A stretch of DNA of 64,000 nt. It comes from a virus. Made by a program: the position numbers and the translations under genes. This document shows positions 39,901-48,503 of this stretch, piece by piece; positions within the stretch are counted from its first letter, which is position 1; each line of letters opens with the position of its first letter. The DNA lies in the IMG/VR virus record IMGVR_UViG_3300042305_002284, positions 32,001 to 96,000 of that record; one strand, 5' to 3'. Under the pieces are notes generated by a model. That model saw only the letters and a list, made by a program, of their open reading frames with translations. It was not told the origin of the DNA and ran no database searches.

Positions 39901-40505
39901 GATTTGACACGACACAAAGTTCAAGCGATCAATCAACAATGAACCCGGTTTGGAAAACTCTTACAAAAAGTTATATTGACAATGTTCAAAGAGAAAAAGA
40001 AATACTTTGTCGCATTAGATCTTTTGGCAATGCAAATATAGGAATAAAAACAAACGCAGAGGTTGAAAATAGAAGTTATGATAAATATTTCATAATAAGA
40101 ACAACAACGCTGAGAGCACAAAGACCTGTAAATCCATTTGACGATAATCCACTTGTCAATCGCTTTATAGATACCATAAAAATAAATATACCAGGTATAC
40201 AAATAAAAGAATCAAGTGATATAACAAGGCGACTTGTCACATCTGCTCCATCAATACAAATAATAAAAACAGACACAACTGGAAGAAGACAGGTTGTTGA
40301 AGTAAAAGATATAAGAGATGCTGTGGCAAGAGACATTTCTGTTGTTCAAAATACAAAAGTTGGAGATACAAGAACTCCTGCATCTGTAACGGCAGCAGTA
40401 AATGTTATTTCTCTTGCTTTTCAAGGCGCCAACATAAGTAATAATGTAAGAAGCAGCAACTTTGTTCCTAATACCAATATAAAAACAGCGGGCAGGAGAG
40501 TGTAA
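36963..40505 (+). CDS. Large hypothetical virion protein (1180 aa)
   Basis: GTG start after RBS GAGG; long ORF in the structural block. Confidence 0.7.
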   Translation: MTATTQEEVLSGILPKVNINKITLTSPDERILNVSLDLTIKETLDDGFFGSWFEDININKYILVEIVQSTDAAVTEALSYSNDMIQLCNLQRQLKIDDTRTKALAYITQNNKVSDLLALLEDKTKRETISINKSETKITENIAYTNSDGDKIYEIPYKVQFSLDKQPEHLAYFAVCSIDLDALCADLNIDYDVAESFEENGRVVSEIVIDEFNVVSETYVYVDKNGVVWTGPVHETEQGLWRSGDDETSESINLDRILVTNTKVQDFRRFNRIERLMVDFNNVNSRYVDGSLVQDFSLLTETTANNITKIQSVDYKPDRYTAQFTEAFSSTDANGNYKFLFGVNFLEVLKSHSRFAKLFETNSDTFKEESIQNTRILDLKLYRTRIKNADSKPYEKLNPEEPDELILQTKDISWKNFININNDLSAIKEADILTNNTNNFIRYFTGIDKTFKNLSDGVYQYKIDFEIEDGVVEFIQDKLSQLEIAKKQLVEYSNKISKPTMRKFIVDNTNPHIESPSEYSQNSLVMDYGYDIVTNKLSPQLISKTIREYGGITSITAPWNTCSATLAYILDIFSSEISTEQDREEIVRSIFDMLSPNSTNPQIVARAIEMIDYFITNISKTFDITVGDNSFASNTTSTISSKTNKTFKTTKVLEGVGDTSISKSFGIDYLSNTTSQPTGEEGLLVLSSQHMLTRTQNEMSKFFTTQDPNISFSNTGDNFQDLKYSYFTPTRIDFPNKTTVLSRLDNDNSQGNTRSIDYFYENANNFTKAVSLQADIINFKLDVGGKNRFLPETKKQSSQEQLTPAQRRGQALEQKDISINKMKQVLAEYSSTTFMGYSVSQEVNVEGQQNITQLERFMSSLSSDALRLKQTFGYKKSKNSSTFVPNYVEEDYIRNLSELNPNSIRISNDRITGFRKVFPVSLLGNVPNQLRAIIFKPQELQVDIASSITNTNNTYSINVVNKAKNYFHFEMIAQIEYLEGFDTTQSSSDQSTMNPVWKTLTKSYIDNVQREKEILCRIRSFGNANIGIKTNAEVENRSYDKYFIIRTTTLRAQRPVNPFDDNPLVNRFIDTIKINIPGIQIKESSDITRRLVTSAPSIQIIKTDTTGRRQVVEVKDIRDAVARDISVVQNTKVGDTRTPASVTAAVNVISLAFQGANISNNVRSSNFVPNTNIKTAGRRV

Positions 40506-40506
40506 T

Positions 40507-43251
40507 ATGGCAACCAGAAGAATATCTTGTAGAGACTTGGACTCTCTTAGTCAAATAGAACAAACAGAAATACAAGATGATACTGCTTCTGCTGGGGGGG
40601 CAACGCAAACAATAAGAGATCAACTTGTTATTGGTGAGGTTGCCGCTGGCAGAAGACCAAGAGGCACTCCTATAATACCAAGAGATGTTCTGGAAGAAAT
40701 AACCGACAGAGCAACCGAGGCAATGGCACCGACAATAACTGTAACCGAATCTCAACCTCCGTCAAGAGATGACTCTCTAAACTCACTTGAATCAGGCGAA
40801 GATGATGATCCACAAGATATCCCAGGACAGTTTTTGTCTTCTCCGTTTCTTGGACTCGGCAAAGCGACAACGATAATAGATATAGAAAACTACGCAGATT
40901 CTTATCAAAGAATATTACAACAATATGGTATTGAAAGAAGCAATATAAACGATCGCGTAAAATATTATAATGGTTCTTTTTATGTATTGAGAAACGATTC
41001 TCTGGTTTTTTATCGCAACACTTCAAATAGAAAAAGATATATCACTCTTAGAAAATCGTCTATTCCCAAAAGAGCAACTTTGACTTCCGCTTCAAACGAA
41101 ACTTACAGATTTTCTTTTGATAGAGATCTAAATGTATCAAATGGCCGACTTGCTGGTCCGTTAAAACAAAGATTTACCACTGGCGGTTCTTTCACTGGCT
41201 CTATTCAGGGACAAAACAAAGATAGTTTCAACTTTCAAGGAATAATAGGACAACAAAGCAACATTATAGACAACTCTTTTGTAATGCAGTTTCCTTTTGA
41301 AAACTCTGAACTATTAGATACATTGAATCTTGTTGGGACATCTATTATAGACATAAAAGAAGAATATCGCTTTTATATTGAAGAATATGAAAAAATAGCC
41401 AACTCTGTGAATGAAACTTCGCAAGAAAATATATTTCCAAACCTTTATATTTTGAATGCAATAATAGAAGATAAAACAAATGAAAAACAGTTTTTATCCT
41501 CTATTGCAAACATGAATGATAGAATAAGTTCTGGTGAAAGATTTTTGTTGAATAAATCAGAAAAAACCGTTTTTGGAATAAAAGATGGAATAGGTGAATA
41601 TTTTGATTTGTTTGGAACAAACTATGAAAGTCTAAAACAACAAAACGGCGGTGCTGTCCACGATTCGTTCGCAAAGAAAATGCAAAACATTGTTTTTCTT
41701 TCCGACACATCAGCAAAGATGTCGGAAATAGGTAAAAAGAAATATCTTTTTCCTATGTCTGTTGATTTTTCTATACCAACAGATAAAACAACAAATGTAA
41801 CAAGAATGCTTCTTGATGCTGAACTCATGGATAGTTTTATGATGCAACTTTTGAGCTTGCACAAAAACAACCAGTTTGATTCAAAAGAAACAGCAACATC
41901 AGAGAGACTTTATTCACAAAAAATAGAACCAAGCACACAGCAAAATGTTGTCAACTCGTCTTATTCTTCTAAGAGAAAAACAATAAGATATGAAGACATT
42001 TCTAAGATGTTGGAAGACATAAAACAACAGCCATTACAACCAAGTGGTCCTGATTATATTGTCATAGGTGACACAACAAAATATCTTAGAACCAACAAAG
42101 AAAGTATGAGTTTTGTAAATGGACTAAGAAATATAATATTCAATTCAAAACTAAACACATTTGTTAGAAACAACCACAGAACTTATAAAGATATTCTAAA
42201 TGGCAGAATGTGCTACAATGAAACAGTTGCATTCAGAGTGGCAAAGTATGACATAAACGGAACAACACCAATACAAAACTACTGGATACCAAACAATCCA
42301 GATCTTGATTATATTGATTTGATTGACACCCAAGTAAAATATGAAAAAGAATACACATATAAAATATTTGCATATCAGTTTGTATTAGGAAACAAAATAG
42401 CGCAATCTCTTTCAGATTCTACAACTGCAAATACAGAGTTTGCAGTGAATATAACAAATCTACCACAAGCAAGTTTGATGGAAGTAGAAATATTATCATC
42501 AAATAAAATGGTTGCTGATACTCCACCTTTATCGCCAGAGATATTATTTGTTCCCTATTTTGATGTTGATAATAAAATCGGTTTATTTTTGAATAGTAGA
42601 ACCGGCGAACTCAAACTTGAACCAATAAACATACTTGCAACCGATGAAGAAAAAACATCAAAATATAAAAAAATGCTTGATAATAGCGTGCTGTATAAAT
42701 CAGATGATGTGGCAAGCAGGTTTGAAATAATGAAACTTGATAGAAAGCCAAACTCATATGCAGACTTTGCAAGCGGCTTTGTAAAAGCAGTATCAACAGA
42801 TATAGATCCACAAACACCACAAAAAGCAACTGCTGCTTCGTATATTGATACAATAGAACCAAATAAAAAATACTATTATTGTTTTAGAGCAGTTGATGTG
42901 CATGAAAAAATATCAAATCCAACACAAGTATTTGAACTTGAAATGCTGAATGAAAAAGGCATGATATATCCAATAATAAAAAACTATGAGTTTGAAAAAC
43001 CAGCATATCAAAACAATATTGAAATAAGAAGATTTATAAAAATAAAACCAAGTTCACAACACACATTTATAAACAGCAGCACTTCTGATATACAAGAAGA
43101 TACAACTGCCGAACAATCACTGCCAAAAATAAAACTTGGCGTATCTGATGTAGCAGTTCCTTGGGGTAAAAAGTTCAAAATGGTTATTACTTCAAAACAA
43201 ACTGGAAAAAAATGTGAGTTCAAGTTTATAATGAAATACAAAACAGAATAA
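40507..43251 (+). CDS. Large hypothetical virion protein (914 aa), possibly with Fn3/Ig-like C-terminal domains
   Basis: DTQVKYEKEYTYKIFAY and DTIEPNKKYYYCFRAVD...SNP resemble Fn3 C-terminal strands. Confidence 0.65.
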   Translation: MATRRISCRDLDSLSQIEQTEIQDDTASAGGATQTIRDQLVIGEVAAGRRPRGTPIIPRDVLEEITDRATEAMAPTITVTESQPPSRDDSLNSLESGEDDDPQDIPGQFLSSPFLGLGKATTIIDIENYADSYQRILQQYGIERSNINDRVKYYNGSFYVLRNDSLVFYRNTSNRKRYITLRKSSIPKRATLTSASNETYRFSFDRDLNVSNGRLAGPLKQRFTTGGSFTGSIQGQNKDSFNFQGIIGQQSNIIDNSFVMQFPFENSELLDTLNLVGTSIIDIKEEYRFYIEEYEKIANSVNETSQENIFPNLYILNAIIEDKTNEKQFLSSIANMNDRISSGERFLLNKSEKTVFGIKDGIGEYFDLFGTNYESLKQQNGGAVHDSFAKKMQNIVFLSDTSAKMSEIGKKKYLFPMSVDFSIPTDKTTNVTRMLLDAELMDSFMMQLLSLHKNNQFDSKETATSERLYSQKIEPSTQQNVVNSSYSSKRKTIRYEDISKMLEDIKQQPLQPSGPDYIVIGDTTKYLRTNKESMSFVNGLRNIIFNSKLNTFVRNNHRTYKDILNGRMCYNETVAFRVAKYDINGTTPIQNYWIPNNPDLDYIDLIDTQVKYEKEYTYKIFAYQFVLGNKIAQSLSDSTTANTEFAVNITNLPQASLMEVEILSSNKMVADTPPLSPEILFVPYFDVDNKIGLFLNSRTGELKLEPINILATDEEKTSKYKKMLDNSVLYKSDDVASRFEIMKLDRKPNSYADFASGFVKAVSTDIDPQTPQKATAASYIDTIEPNKKYYYCFRAVDVHEKISNPTQVFELEMLNEKGMIYPIIKNYEFEKPAYQNNIEIRRFIKIKPSSQHTFINSSTSDIQEDTTAEQSLPKIKLGVSDVAVPWGKKFKMVITSKQTGKKCEFKFIMKYKTE

Positions 43252-43265
43252 TGTTTATAAAACAC

Positions 43266-43273
43266 TATTTATA
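43266..43273 (+). promoter_or_regulatory. Putative late promoter TATTTATA
   Basis: cTATTTATAg followed by AGGAG and ATG 43292. Confidence 0.55.
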
Positions 43274-43291
43274 GCGTAGGAGAATAAATAA

Positions 43292-44224
43292 ATGGCTTTT
43301 CTTGATAATAGCGGTGACATAATATTAGACGCTGTATTGACTGATACAGGAAGATACAGAATGGCAAAGGGCGATGGAAGTTTCCGTGTTGCCAAATTTG
43401 CTCTTGGTGACGACGAAATAAACTACCGTTTATACGACAAAAACAACGCAAGTGGTTCTGCTTACTATGATCTAAGCATACTACAAACACCCGTTCTTGA
43501 AGCATTCACTGATAATGCTGCAAGTCTAAAGTCAAAACTAATGACTATATCAAGAAACAACCTGCTTTATCTCCCAGTATTGAAACTAAACGAAACTCAA
43601 TCCGCAACAAAAAGATATGTTGATGGTTCTTTTCTTGTTGCTGTTGATGAAGATACAGAAGCAGCAATGGTAAATGGTCAAACTATCGTTGAGGGTGTTC
43701 TAAAAGGTCTAAATATAAATCAAAGTGATAACTTTGCGCGAGTAGATCAGGGTCTTGATACAAACTACGAAATATCAGCGGTAAACCCACTTGATCCAGA
43801 CCTTGTAGAAACTCAATATATTGTTGAAATGGACAATCGCCTTGGAAGCATAATAGCACCAAAACTAAATGGTGGCGTGGCAGCCAGAGCGTCATATATA
43901 GACGATGATAATATTGCAAGTTATTTCTTTTCTCTTGGTAGCGATACACAGTTTGTTCGTGAAATAACAACAGATTCGCGCACTCCAAACGACACACAAC
44001 AAGTTATAACTGGTCCACGCGGAACAAGATTTGAGTTTTCCCTAAGAGCATCAATTGAACTACAAAGTTCAACATTCCTGTTTGACCAACTTGGTGGGAT
44101 AACCAACATAGCCGGCGCTACTGGAAGTCCACAAGTTCAATATATTGATACAACAGTGAGAATAATGGGCGCTACAACTGGATATCGCATGGACATACCA
44201 GTTAGATTTATCAAAGCAACCTGA
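43292..44224 (+). CDS. Putative tail/baseplate protein resembling the N-terminal half of a DUF3751 fibre-attachment domain
   Basis: VLTDTGR...FALGDD resembles P2 gpH-type ITxAG...MAVGDG; strong RBS. Confidence 0.6.
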   Translation: MAFLDNSGDIILDAVLTDTGRYRMAKGDGSFRVAKFALGDDEINYRLYDKNNASGSAYYDLSILQTPVLEAFTDNAASLKSKLMTISRNNLLYLPVLKLNETQSATKRYVDGSFLVAVDEDTEAAMVNGQTIVEGVLKGLNINQSDNFARVDQGLDTNYEISAVNPLDPDLVETQYIVEMDNRLGSIIAPKLNGGVAARASYIDDDNIASYFFSLGSDTQFVREITTDSRTPNDTQQVITGPRGTRFEFSLRASIELQSSTFLFDQLGGITNIAGATGSPQVQYIDTTVRIMGATTGYRMDIPVRFIKAT

Positions 44225-44239
44225 TATTAGGAGAATACA

Positions 44240-45259
44240 ATGGCCACAATATATAAGACATTTCAAAATAACGATGTTGTATCAACAAGAACACTTCTGC
44301 ACGAAGCCATTCCGATTACAGGTTCAATCATATCGGGAACATATAGTGATAACAACATAAAAAACTATGCACACGGTATGTTCCAGTCGGTATATGACTA
44401 TCCATATCTAAGTTCATCTGCAAATCACATATTTGATATAACAGTTGGTCTGAGTCCAAACTCGCCACTTTCAAGTTCGGCAAACCAACAAAATGCTAAA
44501 AAAATAAATGTTTACAATCAAATGGCACAAGTTCTTGCGGGAAACGATGTAAACGGTAATATACTCGAGTTTGATAGAGATGGCAACATTCTTGCGGGTG
44601 GAGATAAACTACGAGAAGTTTTCTTTGTAAACTTTTCAAGATTGCTTGTAAAAGACGAAATAAAGAAAGACAGTTTTAGACTTGTTCTTGGAACCGGTTC
44701 TTTCTCTACGCCATTCGCCGGAACTCTAAGGACCGTTGGTGATTATGGTGCTCAAAACGAATATCGTGTAAACTCCCCAGCAGGAGAATATGGTATACTT
44801 TATACTGGTTCAGCGGCTGTTGAAGGAACTGGCGTAGGCTTGCTGTTTTATCAAGCGGGCATTGCTGTTCTAACTGCTTCTTTGTTTGCCGGTGCTACAA
44901 TGACTGGTTCAACTGGAAATGTAAGCAATCTTTTTCAAACAAGTTCAATGCAAACCGCAGCAGATGCATTACGAAGAAGAATAAACGATGTTGATTTCAA
45001 CAACACAACAGAACTAAACTCAACAATATATTTCTGTCGTCTAAACCACAATGAGTTCAACTATAGTTCAAACCCAACTTATTTGAGTTCAAGTAAAATA
45101 GTTGTAAAGAATACCGCCCTTGATAATCCAGTGTCTTATATAACATCAGTTGGTCTTTATTCAGCAGACAACGAACTGCTTGCTGTTGCTAAATTGAGCG
45201 AACCATTGAAAAAAGATCCAACCAATGAGATGATACTAAGAGTGCGTTTGGACTGGTAA
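44240..45259 (+). CDS. Putative tail/baseplate protein ending in a DUF3751-like C-terminal half
   Basis: YITSVGLYSADNELLAVAKLSEPLKK resembles the RExGLYD.xG.LIAVA motif; RBS AGGAG. Confidence 0.6.
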   Translation: MATIYKTFQNNDVVSTRTLLHEAIPITGSIISGTYSDNNIKNYAHGMFQSVYDYPYLSSSANHIFDITVGLSPNSPLSSSANQQNAKKINVYNQMAQVLAGNDVNGNILEFDRDGNILAGGDKLREVFFVNFSRLLVKDEIKKDSFRLVLGTGSFSTPFAGTLRTVGDYGAQNEYRVNSPAGEYGILYTGSAAVEGTGVGLLFYQAGIAVLTASLFAGATMTGSTGNVSNLFQTSSMQTAADALRRRINDVDFNNTTELNSTIYFCRLNHNEFNYSSNPTYLSSSKIVVKNTALDNPVSYITSVGLYSADNELLAVAKLSEPLKKDPTNEMILRVRLDW

Positions 45260-45332
45260 CCACTTGACTAAATACGTTACGCTCAACAAGTTTTCTGCTA
45301 TCGTGCTGAAACAAAAAATATAACAAATAAAG

Positions 45333-45361
45333 AAACTGCCTATTTATTTTAGGCAGTTTTT
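45333..45361 (+). terminator. 10-bp hairpin (terminator or RBS-sequestering) with a late-promoter motif in its loop
   Basis: AAACTGCCTA-tttattt-TAGGCAGTTT followed by TT; ATG at 45365. Confidence 0.65.
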
Positions 45362-45364
45362 ATT

Positions 45365-46324
45365 ATGACAAGACCAAAACAGTTTATAACAAAAGACGGA
45401 AATCTAAACAACTTCAAAACAGTTTCCAAAAATGATTTCAGTCAGTTTCAATATGGTGACATAATAACAGGATCGGAATATCCATATATTTCAAATATAT
45501 TGAGATATCATGTATACCAAGATCAAAATAGAAACTATATAAAAGCATTAGAAAACACACTAAACCACTATACTTTTATAAGCCCACACTATTCTTATAG
45601 TTCTTCGTTGGGAAACAAAGACACACAAGAGTTCAGTTTTATAAGTATACCATCTATTTTTTATGGCTCCTCAATAAAAAAAGGTTCAATAAACTGTAAA
45701 TGGTATCTCACTGGAAGTGTTATAGCAGAACTACAAGATATAAATCAAAATGGCGAACTTGTTCAGGTTGGTCCAAGCGGAAGTGTTGGTTCTGGTAGTG
45801 TTGCCGGTGTTGTGCTTTACAAAGAAGGATTCATAATATTGACTGGTTCTTGGAGTTTGCATCCAACATATACTGATTTATTTGGTATAGGAACAACAAC
45901 TGGTTCATCGCCCTCCTGGAAATATTTTATGCATACTGGCTCCGATGATACAAATCGTGCTGTATCTTCAAGTTTTCTTCTTGATTTTGAAGGAATGAAC
46001 TATATTCCAACAATAACAATGCTTGCTCACGCAGAACAGGGAGAACTAAATCATTCAAACAATCCAACATATATTGAATACGGACAAAATACACAGCCAA
46101 TAACTGGCGCATTTGGTTATATAGAAAACATAAACAATACTATAAAAAACATAGTGAGTTCCTCTTATGTTGATGAGAAGCCAGATTTCAAAAAAACAAC
46201 ATATATTTCAAAAATCGCTATTTATGACGAAGAAAAGAACCTTATCGGTGTGGCTAAGTTGGCAAATCCAGTAAGAAAAAGAGAAACAGACTCCTATACA
46301 TTCAAAATCAAAATGGATCTATAA
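45365..46324 (+). CDS. Paralog of 44240-45259 (tail/baseplate protein)
   Basis: Shared G+++Y..G+++LT.S, N.S.NPTY and YI..+.+Y....L+.VAKL..P++K...++++D C-terminus. Confidence 0.7.
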   Translation: MTRPKQFITKDGNLNNFKTVSKNDFSQFQYGDIITGSEYPYISNILRYHVYQDQNRNYIKALENTLNHYTFISPHYSYSSSLGNKDTQEFSFISIPSIFYGSSIKKGSINCKWYLTGSVIAELQDINQNGELVQVGPSGSVGSGSVAGVVLYKEGFIILTGSWSLHPTYTDLFGIGTTTGSSPSWKYFMHTGSDDTNRAVSSSFLLDFEGMNYIPTITMLAHAEQGELNHSNNPTYIEYGQNTQPITGAFGYIENINNTIKNIVSSSYVDEKPDFKKTTYISKIAIYDEEKNLIGVAKLANPVRKRETDSYTFKIKMDL

Positions 46325-46325
46325 A

Positions 46326-46634
46326 ATGCTAAAAAAGTTTGAAAGTAGTGACATATTTGTAAACAGAATAAAGACCTATCCAAAGGTAAGAGTTTTCACT
46401 TATTCTGGCAGTATGTATTATAATAACAATACAGTTTCTGGCAGCGGTGTGTCCATATATAACTTTCTACCAGAACCAGTAGTTGATACATTCAATCCGC
46501 TAATATTCACTGAAACATTTGAATTTCCAAGTTGGTTTGGCACATACGACACTGGCTCAATAATTTTTCCAACCTTTACTGGTTCTGTGTTGTTTCTTGA
46601 AGAATTTGAATCTGGTTCATGGCCAAATCCATGA
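46326..46634 (+). CDS. Small virion protein with a duplicated F.E.FE..SW C-terminal motif
   Basis: Contains IFTETFEFPSW and LFLEEFESGSW; the N-terminus resembles that of 44240. Confidence 0.6.
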   Translation: MLKKFESSDIFVNRIKTYPKVRVFTYSGSMYYNNNTVSGSGVSIYNFLPEPVVDTFNPLIFTETFEFPSWFGTYDTGSIIFPTFTGSVLFLEEFESGSWPNP

Positions 46635-46658
46635 TAAATATTTTAGGAGCTATAAACA

Positions 46659-47462
46659 ATGGCACAAAATGATTGGACTTTTATACTTAGACCTAGCGAC
46701 GTCACAGCCGGAAGAACTTTTCTTGGAGGAACAACTGGAAGTGCATTTCAACACAGCACACTAACAAATCCAATAACAGGCTCAGGAACTTGGTGTCGTG
46801 GGTTTTTTGCATCTGGTTCGGTGAATAACTATAGATTTGTTGCTTTGTTGCCAAGAAACAATTCAGAACTAACAAGTTCAACCGGCTATCCATATGGTTT
46901 TGGATATTCTATTCGCTGTTGGGCGCGAGCAGGAAATACAAGTGCCTCTGAATTTGATTCAGTGCAAATATCATTCAAAAATCAGTCAAACCTAGCCATA
47001 GACATTGCAGGAAACCTTCCCACCCCAAGATTGACCGGCTATACACTTTATCTATCAGAAACAAAACTTCAATTGGTTTGTGCCAATACTGGCACAATAA
47101 ACACTTTCTCAGAAAGTGTTTTACCTGCCGACAATGCTTTTGGTTACTCAAAGACAATAACAACTTCAAATTTGTTCAACCGATGGATTCGTTTGCGAAT
47201 GGATGTTTCTCCCATCACTGGCGCATACGATAGAATAACTGTTTTCACAGCAAGTCAAGCACAGGAAAATAATTGGCAGCAAGTTCACACAATAGATATA
47301 CCAAGAGAAAAAGTTGGCGCTTATGTTCCATGGGCAAACAATCCAAATGGTGATGGAGCGCAAGCAGCCGGAAAGGGATACCTTGGTGCAGTTATAACAT
47401 CCTATGCCACCACCGCCGCAGCCTATATAGATCAATTTGAAGTATTTAAAGAGCCAGTATAG
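46659..47462 (+). CDS. Hypothetical beta-rich (lectin/jelly-roll-like) virion protein
   Basis: RBS AGGAG; beta-strand-rich sequence with NRWIRLRMDV and AYIDQFEV. Confidence 0.6.
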   Translation: MAQNDWTFILRPSDVTAGRTFLGGTTGSAFQHSTLTNPITGSGTWCRGFFASGSVNNYRFVALLPRNNSELTSSTGYPYGFGYSIRCWARAGNTSASEFDSVQISFKNQSNLAIDIAGNLPTPRLTGYTLYLSETKLQLVCANTGTINTFSESVLPADNAFGYSKTITTSNLFNRWIRLRMDVSPITGAYDRITVFTASQAQENNWQQVHTIDIPREKVGAYVPWANNPNGDGAQAAGKGYLGAVITSYATTAAAYIDQFEVFKEPV

Positions 47463-47482
47463 TCAATTTTATTGAAAAGAAC

Positions 47483-47490
47483 TATTTACA
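47483..47490 (+). promoter_or_regulatory. Putative late promoter variant TATTTACA
   Basis: cTATTTACAt followed by GAGGA and ATG 47506. Confidence 0.45.
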
Positions 47491-47505
47491 TAAGAGGATA
47501 AATAA

Positions 47506-47901
47506 ATGACAGATTTCATGAAACTACACAGACCAGGTATAGGAAATGCAGCAAGTTATCAAGTCTCTGCCATACCTTTTGTCAGTTCTTCTCTTGCAAT
47601 ACCAGTAAGTGGTGCAAATACTTTTTCAATTTCATTTCCACTTATTACAAAGTTTATAACCATAACAAATCTAACACCTGCTTCACAAATGCGTTTAGGA
47701 TTTAGCGACCGTGGTGTAAAAGGAACAAACTATTTTCTTATTACTGGCTCTTCTACTTTTACAACAGAAGTAAAAACAAATCAAATATTTTTGATGAGCA
47801 ACAATGCAACTCCTATTTCTGCCAGTTTGTTTGCTGGACTTACAAATATCGAAGCAACAGAACTACAAAATAACTGGTCTGGTTCGCTTGGAGTTGGTTG
47901 A
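47506..47901 (+). CDS. Small beta-sandwich virion protein (hypothetical)
   Basis: RBS GAGGA; beta-strand pattern and several [ST][GAS]S motifs. Confidence 0.6.
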   Translation: MTDFMKLHRPGIGNAASYQVSAIPFVSSSLAIPVSGANTFSISFPLITKFITITNLTPASQMRLGFSDRGVKGTNYFLITGSSTFTTEVKTNQIFLMSNNATPISASLFAGLTNIEATELQNNWSGSLGVG

Positions 47902-47944
47902 AAATAAATATTAACGAAAATATATTTTTTGTTATTATCTGCAA

Positions 47945-48472
47945 ATGATCCTTGGTTTGGATATATCAACATCTTGCACCGGCGTAACCATTTTGGACTA
48001 CGCCGGTCGTGTTGTTCTCAATACCTGTTGGAAGTTCAAAAAAGAAGAAATACTTGACAAACTCCAAGCAGCAAAAGAACATATATTAGAACTACGAAAA
48101 AAATATCCAATAACAGAAGTCTTTATAGAAGAAAGTCTTCAAGCATTTCGTCCCGGTTTTTCATCAGCAAAAACGATTTTATCTCTTGCCAAGTTCAACG
48201 GAACTTTATCTTGGATGATATTGGAACATTTAGGTATAAAACCCCAGTATATTGGTTCTGGAACAGCAAGAAAACTTTGTGGAATAAAAGTAATAAAAGG
48301 TGTTCCAGCCAAACAGCAAGTTATGGACTGGATGTTGCTAAATCAAAGTTGGTTCCGGGTAGAAAAGAAAAAAAATAGCGAAAATATAAAAGATCACTAT
48401 TATGATATGGCTGATAGTTGGGTCATAGCACAAGCAGGTTTGTTGCAAATAAAAAACAAACCATCAACTTGA
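47945..48472 (+). CDS. ruvC: RuvC-like Holliday junction resolvase
   Basis: ILGLDISTSCTG, VFIEE, ARK/AKQQV and DMADSWVIA catalytic motifs. Confidence 0.85.
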   Translation: MILGLDISTSCTGVTILDYAGRVVLNTCWKFKKEEILDKLQAAKEHILELRKKYPITEVFIEESLQAFRPGFSSAKTILSLAKFNGTLSWMILEHLGIKPQYIGSGTARKLCGIKVIKGVPAKQQVMDWMLLNQSWFRVEKKKNSENIKDHYYDMADSWVIAQAGLLQIKNKPST

Positions 48473-48497
48473 CCTCTTGCGGGTGCTATGCTAACGT
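48469..48497 (+). promoter_or_regulatory. Sigma70-type promoter for the primase gene
   Basis: TTGACC (48469-74), 17-nt spacer, TAACGT (48492-97) with an extended -10 TG; predicted +1 is 48504, the A of ATG. Confidence 0.6.
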
Positions 48498-48503
48498 GCG
48501 GCT

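Noticed and set aside
45264-45292. TTGACT as the -35 of a canonical sigma70 promoter
   Set aside because: The hexamer at 17-nt spacing (CAAGTT) is a poor -10.
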